In this document: positions 6,990 through 17,239 of the stretch, one piece after another
How the letters are laid out: each line of letters begins with the position of its first letter
How positions within the stretch are numbered: position 1 is the first letter of the stretch
From: Dehalococcoidia bacterium
Lineage (GTDB): Bacteria; Chloroflexota; Dehalococcoidia; Plut-88900
Assembly (NCBI GenBank): GCA_965116945.1
Contig: OZ220734.1
Location: 598,610-662,609 of the forward strand
Length of the DNA stretch: 64,000 nt
Reading direction: 5' to 3'
The notes under the pieces: model-generated
Told to the model about the DNA's origin: nothing
The model's input: only the letters and a program-made list of their open reading frames with translations
The model's database searches: none
Made by a program: the position numbers and the translations under genes

Positions 6990-8438
6990 ATGAGCAGCAG
7001 GTACGTTGACGTTATCGTGCACGACGGCGAGGTGGTGACCTCGAAGGATGTGACCCGAACCAGCATCGCCGTGAAGGACGGGAGAATCGTGGCCCTGGGG
7101 CCGAAGGAACTGCTGCCGGAGGCGGGGCAGTACATCGATGCCTCGGGGAAGTACGTTCTGCCGGGGGCGATAGACGCGCATATGCACATAGACCCGCTGA
7201 AGTGCGACGACTGGGTGAACGCACCGCTCGCGGCTGCGCACTCGGGGATAACGAGCCTCATCGTATTCTGCATCTACGACGACCTGAACGGTGAGACGAT
7301 TCCCGATGCCTTGAGGCGGAACCAGGAAGAGGCGAAGGCGGGGTCGGTGCTGGACTACGCTTTCCACTTCATCCTGCACAAGCAGCCCTACGTGCTGGAA
7401 GGATTGCCCGAGGCTTTCGACATGGGGGTTACCTCCTACAAGATGTTCATGACCTACAAGACCCGGAAGTACCGCATGTGCTCCGACGACTTCATCCTGC
7501 AGGCGATGGACGTAATAGGCAGCAACGGAGGCGTGACCCAGCTGCACTGCGAGAACGGTGACGTGCTGGACTACCTGCAGACCAAGTTCATGTCGGAAGG
7601 GTGCACGCACCCGCGGTACTTCCCCCAGTCCTGTCCACCGTGGGCGGAGGCGGAGGCAGTAAACAGGGCGATAAACATGGGCGCAATGACCCAGTGCCCG
7701 ACTTACGTGGTCCACCTGAGTACCCAGGGTGGACTTGAGAAGATCAGGGAGGCGCAACAGCAAGGGCAGCGGATCTGGACCGAGACCTGTCCCCAGTACC
7801 TACTCCTAACAGACGCTGAGATGGAGAAGTGGGGACCTCACGCGAAGATCGGGCCTCCGTTGAGGCCGGAAGACGGGCCGGACCAGGAGGCGCTGTGGGG
7901 TGGTCTCCAGGGCGGCCAGATCTCAATTGTCGCGAGCGATCACTCGGCGACGCACAGGGAGAAGAAGGAGTCCGGGTGGGACAATGTATTCCAGGACGCA
8001 CAGGGTAACACCGTGCCGTTTGGCAGCGCTTCAGTGGAGACCATGCTGCCGCTGATGTACAGCGAGGGGGTGGTGAAGCGGGGGATGTCGATTACGTGGA
8101 TAGCGCGGGCGCTGGCGGAGAACCCGGCCCGGGTGTTCGGGCTGTACCCGCGTAAGGGCGTCATAAATATCGGCTCGGATGCGGACCTGCTGCTAATCGA
8201 CCCGAACTACGAGCGCACTATCACGGCGTCGGACATGAAGAGCAATGCAGGGCTGACGCTATACGAGGGCTGGGGGCAAAAGGGACGTCCGTGGATGACA
8301 ATGGTGCGAGGGGAGGTGGTGCTGAAGGAAGGCGAGATCCTGCAGAAGCCGGGTTATGGAGAGTTCGTGCGCTGCGGAGGTCCTATGGCGCCATTAGGCG
8401 GGCCGGTGCCGACCTCGCCAGTCGGGGTTGAGAACTAG
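6990..8438 (+). CDS. Cyclic amidohydrolase (dihydropyrimidinase/hydantoinase/allantoinase-like)
   Basis: 482 aa with GAIDAHMHID and a ...HCENGD... metal-ligand pattern typical of DHOase-type amidohydrolases. Confidence 0.8.
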   Translation: MSSRYVDVIVHDGEVVTSKDVTRTSIAVKDGRIVALGPKELLPEAGQYIDASGKYVLPGAIDAHMHIDPLKCDDWVNAPLAAAHSGITSLIVFCIYDDLNGETIPDALRRNQEEAKAGSVLDYAFHFILHKQPYVLEGLPEAFDMGVTSYKMFMTYKTRKYRMCSDDFILQAMDVIGSNGGVTQLHCENGDVLDYLQTKFMSEGCTHPRYFPQSCPPWAEAEAVNRAINMGAMTQCPTYVVHLSTQGGLEKIREAQQQGQRIWTETCPQYLLLTDAEMEKWGPHAKIGPPLRPEDGPDQEALWGGLQGGQISIVASDHSATHREKKESGWDNVFQDAQGNTVPFGSASVETMLPLMYSEGVVKRGMSITWIARALAENPARVFGLYPRKGVINIGSDADLLLIDPNYERTITASDMKSNAGLTLYEGWGQKGRPWMTMVRGEVVLKEGEILQKPGYGEFVRCGGPMAPLGGPVPTSPVGVEN

Positions 8439-9322
8439 GGCCTGAAGGACCGGAACTGGGGGCCGTCTTTGGGGGCCCAGCTGTCGGCTACGACCTCTCG
8501 TGGGAAAGAGTCGGGGAGGACGCCGTCGGTGGCGTATTCGTAGAGAGCGGCAACGTAGATTGCCTTGAGGGCAGCGGTAACCAAGATGAGCGCACCCAGC
8601 CCCACCACCCCCAAGGCCACGGCTATGACTATGCCCGCGGGAGCGGGGATGATAAAGGCGATTACCACGCAGACCAACACGATGGGAATGGCCACGATGA
8701 TGACCATGAGATCGAATCCGAACCTGCTGACCAGCTGCTCTCCCCATGTCCTTCTAAGCAAGGCTGCCGACCGTTTGATGGCCTCTATGGGACCAACACC
8801 CTCGACAACCAGCACGGGAATCACGAGGTAGGTGAAGACCGACCAAGCCCCGCGCAGCAGCCACGTTACCAAGACCAAGGCAAAGGCGCCGATGCCACCC
8901 CGGCTCCTTGCCGCCTTTTCCAAGGCGTAGAAGATAAGGGACACGATGGCGGATATGAAGGCCCAGCCAAGGATGCCGACGATGTTGGAATTGGCGGCGC
9001 GGAAGCCGTCCCGGAGGGTAGGGTCGCCGCCTCGGAGGCGGATACGTGCTGCGCCGATTAGGGCGGCGTTAAAATATATGATGATGAAGTAGTTGACGAA
9101 GTAGAAGATGCCCATGAGCAGGTAGTCGGTGGGTACCAGGGCGAGTTCGCCTTCTGTGGAGTCGGCGGCGCGGAATACCATGCCGGAGCCGAAGATCATG
9201 GCGGCGGTGATAACCAAGGCGATGGTTGATATCAGGGGGAAGACGAGCAGCTCCTTATCGTGGAGGAGGACCCTCCAGCAGACTTTGTAGAGCTGCCAGC
9301 TGCGACCGATGGTGGCGAACAT
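8435..9322 (-). CDS. Polytopic integral membrane protein of unknown function
   Basis: 295 aa with 6 or more hydrophobic helices and ordinary codon usage. Confidence 0.5.
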   Translation of the reverse strand: MFATIGRSWQLYKVCWRVLLHDKELLVFPLISTIALVITAAMIFGSGMVFRAADSTEGELALVPTDYLLMGIFYFVNYFIIIYFNAALIGAARIRLRGGDPTLRDGFRAANSNIVGILGWAFISAIVSLIFYALEKAARSRGGIGAFALVLVTWLLRGAWSVFTYLVIPVLVVEGVGPIEAIKRSAALLRRTWGEQLVSRFGFDLMVIIVAIPIVLVCVVIAFIIPAPAGIVIAVALGVVGLGALILVTAALKAIYVAALYEYATDGVLPDSFPREVVADSWAPKDGPQFRSFRP

Positions 9323-9451
9323 GGGGGAGATTATACGCTTTTCAAGGATGGGTGCGCGACGCCGAATATCTTGCTACGGGTTACCTTGGAGAAATAGTGA
9401 TCTTGGCAAATGCGGTTTTAACTCGACAAGGGACCGCTGCCACTTCATTAT

Positions 9452-9739
9452 TTGAGGATGACAAAGGACTCTGGTCGAACAAATAAGTCCTGCGCAGGCC
9501 CCACATCAAAGGGCAGGCTGGAGACTTTCAGGTTTCTAGCAGTATTTGAGACCAATGAAGACGGATGGGAGACAGTCAGCTGTCCGTCTCTTCCGGGGTG
9601 CCACAGTCAGGGACGAACGAGAAGTGAATCCGTCGCAAATGCCAGGGAAGCGATACGGGGTTACTTGGGGAGTATGCGAGATGACGGTATACCCCTTCCT
9701 GCTTCTGATGCTTGCGAAGTAGTTGAAGTGACGGTATAG
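9452..9739 (+). CDS. HicB-like (UPF0150) antitoxin-fold protein; start uncertain
   Basis: ...FLAVFETNEDGWETVSCPSLPGCHSQGRTRSESVANAREAIRGYL matches the HicB N-terminal domain. No ATG sits immediately before the domain, so the N-terminal 30 aa of the ORF may be spurious. Confidence 0.55.
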   Translation: MRMTKDSGRTNKSCAGPTSKGRLETFRFLAVFETNEDGWETVSCPSLPGCHSQGRTRSESVANAREAIRGYLGSMRDDGIPLPASDACEVVEVTV

Positions 9740-9885
9740 CGGCCTGCATTCCCCAAAACGCCCTGCGACAAGGTCGTTCGGGCGGTTGCAGCTTCAAGTT
9801 TCTGAGACAAGGGTAATGGCCAAATTTTCCTGTATACTCGCGCCGGTTTTGGCACGGGACCAGGGCCACGGGAAAGGAGCTCGGG

Positions 9886-11169
9886 GTGACTACGGCGGCA
9901 ACGGCAGACAGGACCTCAAAGCCGGAGGAGGGAGGCGCCCTTGCGACGGCGCTGGAGCAGTTCGAGACGGCGGCCGACTTCCTGGGCCTGGACGAGAACA
10001 TCCGGCAGATCCTGAGAAAACCCAAGAGAGAGCTTATAGTCCACTTCCCCGTGACAATGGACGACGGCCGCGTCGAAGTATTCACGGGGTACCGGGTGCA
10101 GCACAGCATGTCCCGGGGCCCGGCCAAGGGAGGCATCCGATACCATCCCGACGTCAGCCTGGACGAGGTCCGCGCCCTGGCCATGTGGATGACCTGGAAA
10201 TGCGCTGTTGTGGACATTCCATTTGGAGGTGCGAAGGGCGCTGTCGCATGCGACACGAAGCTGCTCTCCATAAAGGAACTGGAAGGGTTGAGCAGGCGAT
10301 ACGCCAGCGAGATATCGATAATAATCAGCCCGGAAGGCGACATTCCGGCGCCCGACATGAATACGAATGCCCAGATCATGGCGTGGATAATGGACACCTA
10401 CAGCATGCACCGCGGCTATTCGGTGCCGGGGGTGGTGACAGGGAAGCCGTTCAGCGTCGGGGGGACTAGGGGCAGGGTGGAATCGACGGGGCGGGGTTGC
10501 ATGAACATGGCCAAGCAGACGGCAAAGCACCTCTCCATGCCGTTGGAAGGGGCGAGGATAGCGGTGCAGGGGTTCGGGAACGTGGGATCGGTAGCGGCGA
10601 GGATGCTTGAGGAGCAAGGATGCAAGGTAATAGCCGTCAGCGACGCCTCGGGCGGGGTATATAGGGACTCGGGGCTGGACGTGGGGGCGATGGTTGCCGA
10701 CAAGGAACACACCCACAACCTCCGGGACTCGAGGCACGGGGACCGGATAACCAACGCCGAGCTCCTGGAGCTGCCCTGCGACATCCTGATGCTGGCGGCC
10801 ATGGAAGGCCAGATAACCGAGGCCAATGCCTCCAACGTGAAGGCCAGGATCATCGTTGAAGGGGCGAACGGGCCGACTTCAACGGAGGCAGACAAGATCC
10901 TGGTGGACAAGGGCGTTTTCATAGTGCCGGACATTCTTGCCAATGCGGGCGGAGTCATCGTCTCCTATTTCGAATGGGTGCAGGACCTGCAGTTCTACTT
11001 CTGGGAGGAGCAGGAAGTGGAGAAGCGGCTGGACTCGATCATGAAATACAGTTTCGAGTCTGTGCTGGCGACGGCGGAAGAGAATAAGGTGAGCATGAGA
11101 ATGGGGGCTTACATCCAAGGGGTGAGTCGGGTGGCGGCAGCGCACAACACCCGGGGCATCTACCCCTAG
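9886..11169 (+). CDS. gdhA: Glutamate dehydrogenase (Glu/Leu/Phe/Val dehydrogenase family)
   Basis: GGAKGAV and GFGNVGS motifs; GTG start with a GGAAAGGAG RBS. Confidence 0.9.
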   Translation: MTTAATADRTSKPEEGGALATALEQFETAADFLGLDENIRQILRKPKRELIVHFPVTMDDGRVEVFTGYRVQHSMSRGPAKGGIRYHPDVSLDEVRALAMWMTWKCAVVDIPFGGAKGAVACDTKLLSIKELEGLSRRYASEISIIISPEGDIPAPDMNTNAQIMAWIMDTYSMHRGYSVPGVVTGKPFSVGGTRGRVESTGRGCMNMAKQTAKHLSMPLEGARIAVQGFGNVGSVAARMLEEQGCKVIAVSDASGGVYRDSGLDVGAMVADKEHTHNLRDSRHGDRITNAELLELPCDILMLAAMEGQITEANASNVKARIIVEGANGPTSTEADKILVDKGVFIVPDILANAGGVIVSYFEWVQDLQFYFWEEQEVEKRLDSIMKYSFESVLATAEENKVSMRMGAYIQGVSRVAAAHNTRGIYP

Positions 11170-11232
11170 CATTCGAAACTGCCACACTTGCAAATTCCTG
11201 CGATGATTCGATTATGAGATTCCCACGCGCCT

Positions 11233-12450
11233 ATGAATGACAGAACGCTTGGCGGAATCCGGGTGGTGGAGCTGGGGAGCCTGGTATCGGCGCCATATTG
11301 TGCGCGGTTGATGGCGGCTCTCGGGGCGGAGGTGATCAAGGTGGAGCCACCAGAAGGGGAGAAGGCCCGAGAGCATGGACCCTTCCCCGGTGGAGATCCC
11401 CATGCCGAGAAGAGTGGACTCTTTCTGGCGATGAACCTGGACAAGAAGGGCGTCACGCTAGACCTGAGGTCGGGAGCAGGGGCGGAGGTGTTCAAGAAGC
11501 TGATAGCTAAGTCGGATGTGGTTGTGGAAAACGGGCCGCCGGGGTGGCTGGAAGAGGTGGGGCTGGGGTACGAGTCGCTGAAGGCGAAGACCCCGGGGTT
11601 GATCATGGTGTCGATTACCCCTTTCGGGCAAGACGGGCCGTACAGGGACTACGCAACCCACGACCTGAACCGATGGCATGCGGGTGGCTGGGGATATCTG
11701 TGGAAGGAACGCAGCGCAGAGGGTACACCCGGCCGAATGGTCCGGGGGCCAGGTTTTCTGCCAGCCTTCCAGGCTGCCTACAACGCCCTGACAGCGGTCG
11801 TGGCGGCGTTGTATTTCCGGGATATGGGTGGGGAGGGGCAGCACATTGACGTCTCCGAGCAGGAGTCTATGGCATTTATACTGAACGGCGCTTTTCCGGT
11901 GTACAACGGCCTGAATCAGATACATGGGAAGGACGTGGCGATTCCGGCGTCAGTGCCCTCGGGGGTGCTTCCCTGTCGCGACGGATACGTGTTGATCAGC
12001 GCGATCGAATATCACCAGTGGGAAGGCCTGGTGAAGATGCTGGGAGAACCGGAATGGAGCCAAGCAGAATGGGCCAGTACGGTGGAGGGCCGACGCCTGA
12101 ACTTCGACATCATAAATGCGTTTGTGTTGGAGTGGCTGGAAGACAAAGACGCGGACTGGGTGGTGAAGAAGGCGATTGAATACAGGATACCGGCCAGTCC
12201 CGTGGGGGTGACGGCGGGGCGTATCTTTGGGGACGAGCACCTGAAAGAAAGAGGATTCTTCGCGGAGATTGATCACCCGATTGCCGGAAAACTGGCCTAT
12301 CCCTCGGCGCCGTACAGGTTCTCGGAAACGGAGAGTTTCGCTCGGTTGCCAGCACCGCTGCTGGGCCAGCACAACAACGAGGTTTTCGGTGAAATTCTGG
12401 GGCTGGAACAAGATGCGGTGGCCCGGTTGAAACAAGAAGGGAACATCTAG
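11233..12450 (+). CDS. CoA-transferase family III (CaiB/BaiF)
   Basis: N-terminal L.G.RV.ELG...A.PYC...LA.LGA.VIKVE and a C-terminal GQHN motif. Confidence 0.85.
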   Translation: MNDRTLGGIRVVELGSLVSAPYCARLMAALGAEVIKVEPPEGEKAREHGPFPGGDPHAEKSGLFLAMNLDKKGVTLDLRSGAGAEVFKKLIAKSDVVVENGPPGWLEEVGLGYESLKAKTPGLIMVSITPFGQDGPYRDYATHDLNRWHAGGWGYLWKERSAEGTPGRMVRGPGFLPAFQAAYNALTAVVAALYFRDMGGEGQHIDVSEQESMAFILNGAFPVYNGLNQIHGKDVAIPASVPSGVLPCRDGYVLISAIEYHQWEGLVKMLGEPEWSQAEWASTVEGRRLNFDIINAFVLEWLEDKDADWVVKKAIEYRIPASPVGVTAGRIFGDEHLKERGFFAEIDHPIAGKLAYPSAPYRFSETESFARLPAPLLGQHNNEVFGEILGLEQDAVARLKQEGNI

Positions 12451-12453
12451 GAA

Positions 12454-13695
12454 TTGGCTGTCGGAGAAACACCCCCGGGAGTTACAAAGGGGGCGCTGGC
12501 GGGTGTAAGGGTGGCAGATTTTACAGCGTCGTGGGCGGGGCCTCACTGCGTGTCATTGCTGGCGTTCATGGGCGCGGAGGTAATCAAAATCGAGAGCCGT
12601 TCCAAACTGGACCTGGCCCGTTACTACCCTCCTTTCAAGGATGGCATCGAAAGTCCCGACAGGGCAATGTGGTTCGCACAGATGCATCGAAACAGCCTGA
12701 GCGTAACCCTGAATCTGCGGGAGGCCGAGGGCGTTGAGATAGCCAAGCAGATCGTGGCGATTTCGGATATAGCGGCGGAGAACTTCCGGGCCGGGGTGGC
12801 GGACAGGTTGGGGCTGGGATACAGGGACCTAGTGAAGGTGAATCCACAGGTAATCATGGCATCGCTATCGGGGTTTGGGGCGTATGGGCCCCGGTCTCGG
12901 TGGGTCACCTATGGCATGCACGTGTCGAACATCTCGGGGCTGATGGGAGGGGTGGGGTACCCGGACACGGACCCGGTGTCGGACTGGGTAGAGTTGCCGG
13001 ACCCCTCGGGAGGGGTGGCGGGGGCCTCGGCGGTACTGGCGGCGCTTCATTACAGGCTGAGGACAGGAAAGGGGCAGCACATAGATCTTTCGGAGGAGGA
13101 GACGGCAATCGGGTTTCAATCCGAAAAGCTGATGGACTACGCGATGAACGGTAGGGAGGCGGAGCGAATGGGAAACCGGGCCCCCGGCATGGCGCCTCAC
13201 GGAGTTTACAGGTGCGCCGGCGATGATGAATGGGTGAGTGTAGCTGTCGAGAGCGAAGAGGAATGGGAAAGGTTGTGCTCGGCGATTGGCAAGGCTGAGC
13301 TTGCCAGGGACACAAGATTCAGGACGCTGGCGGTACGTAAGGAGAATGAAGGTGCCCTGGACGAGATAGTCGAGTCGTGGACACGGGTTCGGTCCAAGTG
13401 GGAGGTGATGAAGTCGTTACAGGGGTCGGGGGTGGGGGCAGTGGCGACATTCACAAATGAAGACCTTTATCAGGACGAACACCTGGCAGCGCGGGGGTTC
13501 TTCACGTGGGATGAGCACCCGGTGCAGGGTAGGGCAAGGATGCCTGCCCAGCCGTGGAAGATGTCCGAGACGCCGCTGGCGATGACCCGGCCGGGGCCAA
13601 CTATGGGGGAGCACAACGGGCATGTGCTGGAGGAGTTGTTGGGGCTGGGTCGGGGGCAGGTTGAGGAGTTGGAGGGGCGGGGGGTGGTGTATTAG
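12454..13695 (+). CDS. CoA-transferase family III (CaiB/BaiF), paralogue of the preceding gene
   Basis: Same family signature; starts 4 nt after the preceding gene. Confidence 0.85.
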   Translation: MAVGETPPGVTKGALAGVRVADFTASWAGPHCVSLLAFMGAEVIKIESRSKLDLARYYPPFKDGIESPDRAMWFAQMHRNSLSVTLNLREAEGVEIAKQIVAISDIAAENFRAGVADRLGLGYRDLVKVNPQVIMASLSGFGAYGPRSRWVTYGMHVSNISGLMGGVGYPDTDPVSDWVELPDPSGGVAGASAVLAALHYRLRTGKGQHIDLSEEETAIGFQSEKLMDYAMNGREAERMGNRAPGMAPHGVYRCAGDDEWVSVAVESEEEWERLCSAIGKAELARDTRFRTLAVRKENEGALDEIVESWTRVRSKWEVMKSLQGSGVGAVATFTNEDLYQDEHLAARGFFTWDEHPVQGRARMPAQPWKMSETPLAMTRPGPTMGEHNGHVLEELLGLGRGQVEELEGRGVVY

Positions 13696-13859
13696 GGGGG
13701 TTAAAGGTGGGTATGCCATCCACTCAAAGAGGAACTATGCACGGGGAAGGGTGAGTGGAGACCAGGGATGTGAATAGCAGGCAGGCGCTTTAGGTCTCTC
13801 GCGGGGCCTCGGGATGAGTTGTCGGAGGGGGAGTGGATCGGCGATTGCGGACGCTTGGA

Positions 13860-14040
13860 TATGCCTGGGCCTCCCCTCCGCTCATACTTCGAGGGCCTCA
13901 GCACGAGCGGCCCCACCGCCGGGGAGGACAGGCACGAGAACTGCCTCTACGGGGAGAGGACGGGATGCTCCACACCATTCCGCTCCTGAGACGCTTCGAC
14001 TCCGCTCAGGGCGAGCGGAATACCCCAACCCGCGGAATGT
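13860..14040. repeat. Two module-B repeat copies
   Basis: CCGCTCATACTTCGAGGGCCTCAGCACGAGCGG and CGCTTCGACTCCGCTCAGGGCGAGCGGAATACC. Confidence 0.75.
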
Positions 14041-14043
14041 TCC

Positions 14044-14514
14044 CTAGCGGCGGCGGACGTGGGAGCGGCCGGCGCGGGCTACCAGGTGGCCGTGCTGGTT
14101 GCGGAAGTTGTGCTCTACGACTATGAAGGCCATGTCTCCGGTGCGGCCGGTCTTTCGGTAGACATCAGTGACACGGGCGGTGCAGGTTAGGACATCGCCG
14201 GGGCGGACGGGGAGGAGGGGTTCGACCCACTGGCCAGCCATGTAGATGGTGCCTTCGAATTCAAGATTCAGGTCGGAGGGTTCATCCAGGCGGACGAAGG
14301 AGGCGACGAAGGATGGCGGGGCAATGACGTCACCGTAGGGGCCACGGGCGGAGGCTTCTTCATCGACGAATAGGGGGTTGGTCTCTCCGATGGCGCGGGA
14401 GAAGCCGAGGACCATCTCCCGGGTGACGGTATGGGTGGCCTTTAAGTAGTCCCTGCCAAGTACTTCCCGGTTGAACCGGAGGGCTTCCTGGGGAGAGGGT
14501 TGGGCGGCAGTCAT
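14044..14514 (-). CDS. MaoC-like hot-dog fold dehydratase/hydratase
   Basis: 156 aa with a MaoC-type hot-dog pattern. Confidence 0.7.
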   Translation of the reverse strand: MTAAQPSPQEALRFNREVLGRDYLKATHTVTREMVLGFSRAIGETNPLFVDEEASARGPYGDVIAPPSFVASFVRLDEPSDLNLEFEGTIYMAGQWVEPLLPVRPGDVLTCTARVTDVYRKTGRTGDMAFIVVEHNFRNQHGHLVARAGRSHVRRR

Positions 14515-14530
14515 GATGCGTTCAGGATGA

Positions 14531-15856
14531 CTAGTCGTGGGCCTTTATCTCTGCGACAACCCGATCGCCTGACTGGATAGCGCCGTTGGTGAACCCAGGG
14601 CTGGTGTAGTCGCCGCAAAAGTGAAGCCGGCCCACGGACCTTTGAAGGAGTGGGTATATCTCGGTGTGACCGGGCTTCCATAGGGGTATTGCGTGGGGCC
14701 AGTGGGCGATGTCGGACTGTACGACTTTGCCACGGACCTCGGGAACCATGTCCACGAGGTCGTCGAGGAGTATTTCCGAGACTTCACCGTCTGAACGGGA
14801 CATGAGGTCTTTAGCTACGGCGTTGCCGGTGTAAACACGCAGGATACCCTGACCGGTCTTGCGCTTGTATTCGTCGGAGTATGTGAAGGATGGGTCTGTG
14901 ATGGCACAGACCCTCTGGCCGGATACCGGCACCCGCCACACGCCCTTGCCGATCAGGTTTTCGGAGAGTTCGTCGATGAGAAAGGCGGCGGTGGTCATGG
15001 AGCCGTATTCGATCTTGGCGAGGGCTTCGCGCTTCCAGTCGGGGAGGCCCTGTACGCAACTCAGGGTAAAGGGCGCCTGGGAGGCCATAACGCAGCGTCG
15101 GGCGTGGACGGTCTTCTTCTTGCCGCCACGGTCATAAGTGATCTTGACACGATCTTCAAGTTCCTTGACCTCCGTAACCTCTGTACCCAGGAGCGCTTTG
15201 TCTCCGAGCAGGCGGTGGAGGGCTATGGTGGCCTGGTGGGTACCGCCTTCAACAAAATACTCATCTTCCATGAAGGCGAGTATTACCATGAGCGAGTGAA
15301 AGGGGGTGACCGTATCGGCGCCCATGGTGCTGGCCGTGATGGCGAATACATTCCACAACTCACGGATTGATTCCGGAGCAATGCCCAGGAATTCATCAAC
15401 GGTGGATGAATTAAGTTCGATTACCTTGGGGTTAGTGGGGTCAAAGTCGGCATCGAGAAGGGACTTGTACTTGCGCCGAGTCTTCCACATGTGCCAGGCG
15501 AACTTGATCTTGTCCATGAAAGGAATGGGCATTTTCAGTAGGAGCCGGTATTCGTTGGCGGCAGCTACCAGCTTGCCGTTCATGTACAAAGGGAGCTTGG
15601 ACTTGGCGATAAGAGTGCGCTCGACGCCAATTTCATCGACAAGCTTGGCGAAGGGGCCTTCGTTTCCCATGACGACCTGGGCCCCGGCGTTGTAGACGTA
15701 AGGGCCTAGGGTGCGGGACTCGGTGCGGCCACCGGGAATCTCCTCTTTTTCGAGGAGAAGGATATTGCGGTCACGCATGCGATAAGCAGCGGTGAGACCG
15801 GCAAGGCCACCGCCAACTATTACTACGTCGAGGAGAGAGTCGGTGTTGTCAGGCAT
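14531..15856 (-). CDS. FAD-dependent oxidoreductase (amine-oxidase / protoporphyrinogen-oxidase-like)
   Basis: N-terminal VIVGGGLAGLTAAYRL..LEKEE.PGGR dinucleotide-binding motif. Confidence 0.7.
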   Translation of the reverse strand: MPDNTDSLLDVVIVGGGLAGLTAAYRMRDRNILLLEKEEIPGGRTESRTLGPYVYNAGAQVVMGNEGPFAKLVDEIGVERTLIAKSKLPLYMNGKLVAAANEYRLLLKMPIPFMDKIKFAWHMWKTRRKYKSLLDADFDPTNPKVIELNSSTVDEFLGIAPESIRELWNVFAITASTMGADTVTPFHSLMVILAFMEDEYFVEGGTHQATIALHRLLGDKALLGTEVTEVKELEDRVKITYDRGGKKKTVHARRCVMASQAPFTLSCVQGLPDWKREALAKIEYGSMTTAAFLIDELSENLIGKGVWRVPVSGQRVCAITDPSFTYSDEYKRKTGQGILRVYTGNAVAKDLMSRSDGEVSEILLDDLVDMVPEVRGKVVQSDIAHWPHAIPLWKPGHTEIYPLLQRSVGRLHFCGDYTSPGFTNGAIQSGDRVVAEIKAHD

Positions 15857-17207
15857 GGCTAGGCACCGGCTCCTGCTGGAGCTCTCTTAGAACTCGTTGG
15901 GCGGAGAGGACGGCGGCTTCCAGGCCGCCGCTGACTGTGTAGTCCCCGCAGTAGTGAATGCGACCAGTAGGTTCCTTGATCCTCTCGGCGATTTCCAAAC
16001 GTCCGATGCGCCAGGGGCTGATGGCGTGGGGCCAGTGCTTTATCGAGGTCTCGACTATCTTGCCGGCAATAGCGGGGAATGCGGATACAAGCTCTTCGGT
16101 GAGGACTTCGAGCGCCTCGCCGTCGGACATCTGCTGAAGCTCCTTGGAAGCCTTGTCGCCGGTATAGACTCGAAGGAGCCCCTGCCCCGTGCGTTGCTTG
16201 ATCTCTTTGGAGAAGGTGAAGGTAGGGTTGGTTACGGAAACGATTTTTTTGCCGATGATGGGCACCCGCCAGACGCCTTCGCCCAGGAATTTTTCAGAAT
16301 TCTCACTGAGGAGGAACCCGGCGGATGTCATGGACCCGAAATCAACCTGATCGATGACTTCGCGTTTCCATTTGGGCATGTCCTTGACTATGCTCGATAC
16401 CAGGGGAGCGGGTATAGCAATGATGCAACGCCTGGCGGCGACGGTCTTGCGTTGCCCGGCATGGTCGTAGCTGACACGGACAGTGCCGTTTTCGTGGACG
16501 ATCTCGTCTACGGTGGCGGAGGTCTCGGTCTTGTCCTGAACGAGGCTCCACAGGGCCTTTGTAAGTTCCCAGGTCCCGCCGGTGACGTAGTACTCATCCT
16601 CGGCGAAGTGCAGGAAAGTGTTGACGGGTTGGAAGGCGGCTACCTCGTCGGCGGCAGCCGTGTTGGCGGCCATGGATAGAGTGTCCCAGATTGCTCGAAT
16701 ATCCGGGTGGTAGGCGTTCATGTAGTCTTCGAGGGTGACCGCTGAGAGTTCCCGGGTCTTGGGGTTATTGGGGTCGGGTTCCTGGTCGACTAGCTCGCTG
16801 TAGCGGTTACGCGTGCGGAGGACCTTGAAGCCCATCTTGACCTTTTCAGTGAGGGGAATTGGGAGTCGCCATAGGAAAAGGGGTTCGCCAAGGGTGCGGG
16901 GCTTGAGAGGGGCGGTGATGAGCTTGCCCTTCATGTGCATGGGCATCCGAGTCTTGTCGATGAGCGAAAACCCCACGCCGATCTCCCGGGCGAGCTTTGC
17001 GGTCTCGCTCTCATCGCTCAGGATAACCTGGGCGCCGGTGTTGTAGACGTATTCGCCCATCTTGCGGGAGATGGTGCGGCCGCCGCAGAAATCCTCTCTT
17101 TCGAGAACGAGGATGTTCTTGTCCCTGAGTCGGTAGGCTGTGGTGAGGCCAGCAAGGCCTGCGCCAACGATAACAGCGTCAAAGACTTGATTGATTTCAT
17201 CCGACAT
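15849..17207 (-). CDS. FAD-dependent oxidoreductase, tandem paralogue of the preceding gene
   Basis: VIVGAGLAGLTTAYRL..LERED.CGGR; overlaps its neighbour by 8 nt (an operon). Confidence 0.7.
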   Translation of the reverse strand: MSDEINQVFDAVIVGAGLAGLTTAYRLRDKNILVLEREDFCGGRTISRKMGEYVYNTGAQVILSDESETAKLAREIGVGFSLIDKTRMPMHMKGKLITAPLKPRTLGEPLFLWRLPIPLTEKVKMGFKVLRTRNRYSELVDQEPDPNNPKTRELSAVTLEDYMNAYHPDIRAIWDTLSMAANTAAADEVAAFQPVNTFLHFAEDEYYVTGGTWELTKALWSLVQDKTETSATVDEIVHENGTVRVSYDHAGQRKTVAARRCIIAIPAPLVSSIVKDMPKWKREVIDQVDFGSMTSAGFLLSENSEKFLGEGVWRVPIIGKKIVSVTNPTFTFSKEIKQRTGQGLLRVYTGDKASKELQQMSDGEALEVLTEELVSAFPAIAGKIVETSIKHWPHAISPWRIGRLEIAERIKEPTGRIHYCGDYTVSGGLEAAVLSAQRVLRELQQEPVPSHA

Positions 17208-17239
17208 TGATGGTCATTCCTTCCGGCGATTTGGTTGGT

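Noticed and set aside
9576-10737. Long antisense ORFs (9576-10397 and 9916-10737, minus strand) opposite the gdh gene, and similar R/P-rich antisense ORFs inside leuS, leuC, the M24 genes and the LLM genes.
   Set aside because: These are mirror-frame artefacts of high-GC coding sequence. The sense-strand genes have clear family signatures.
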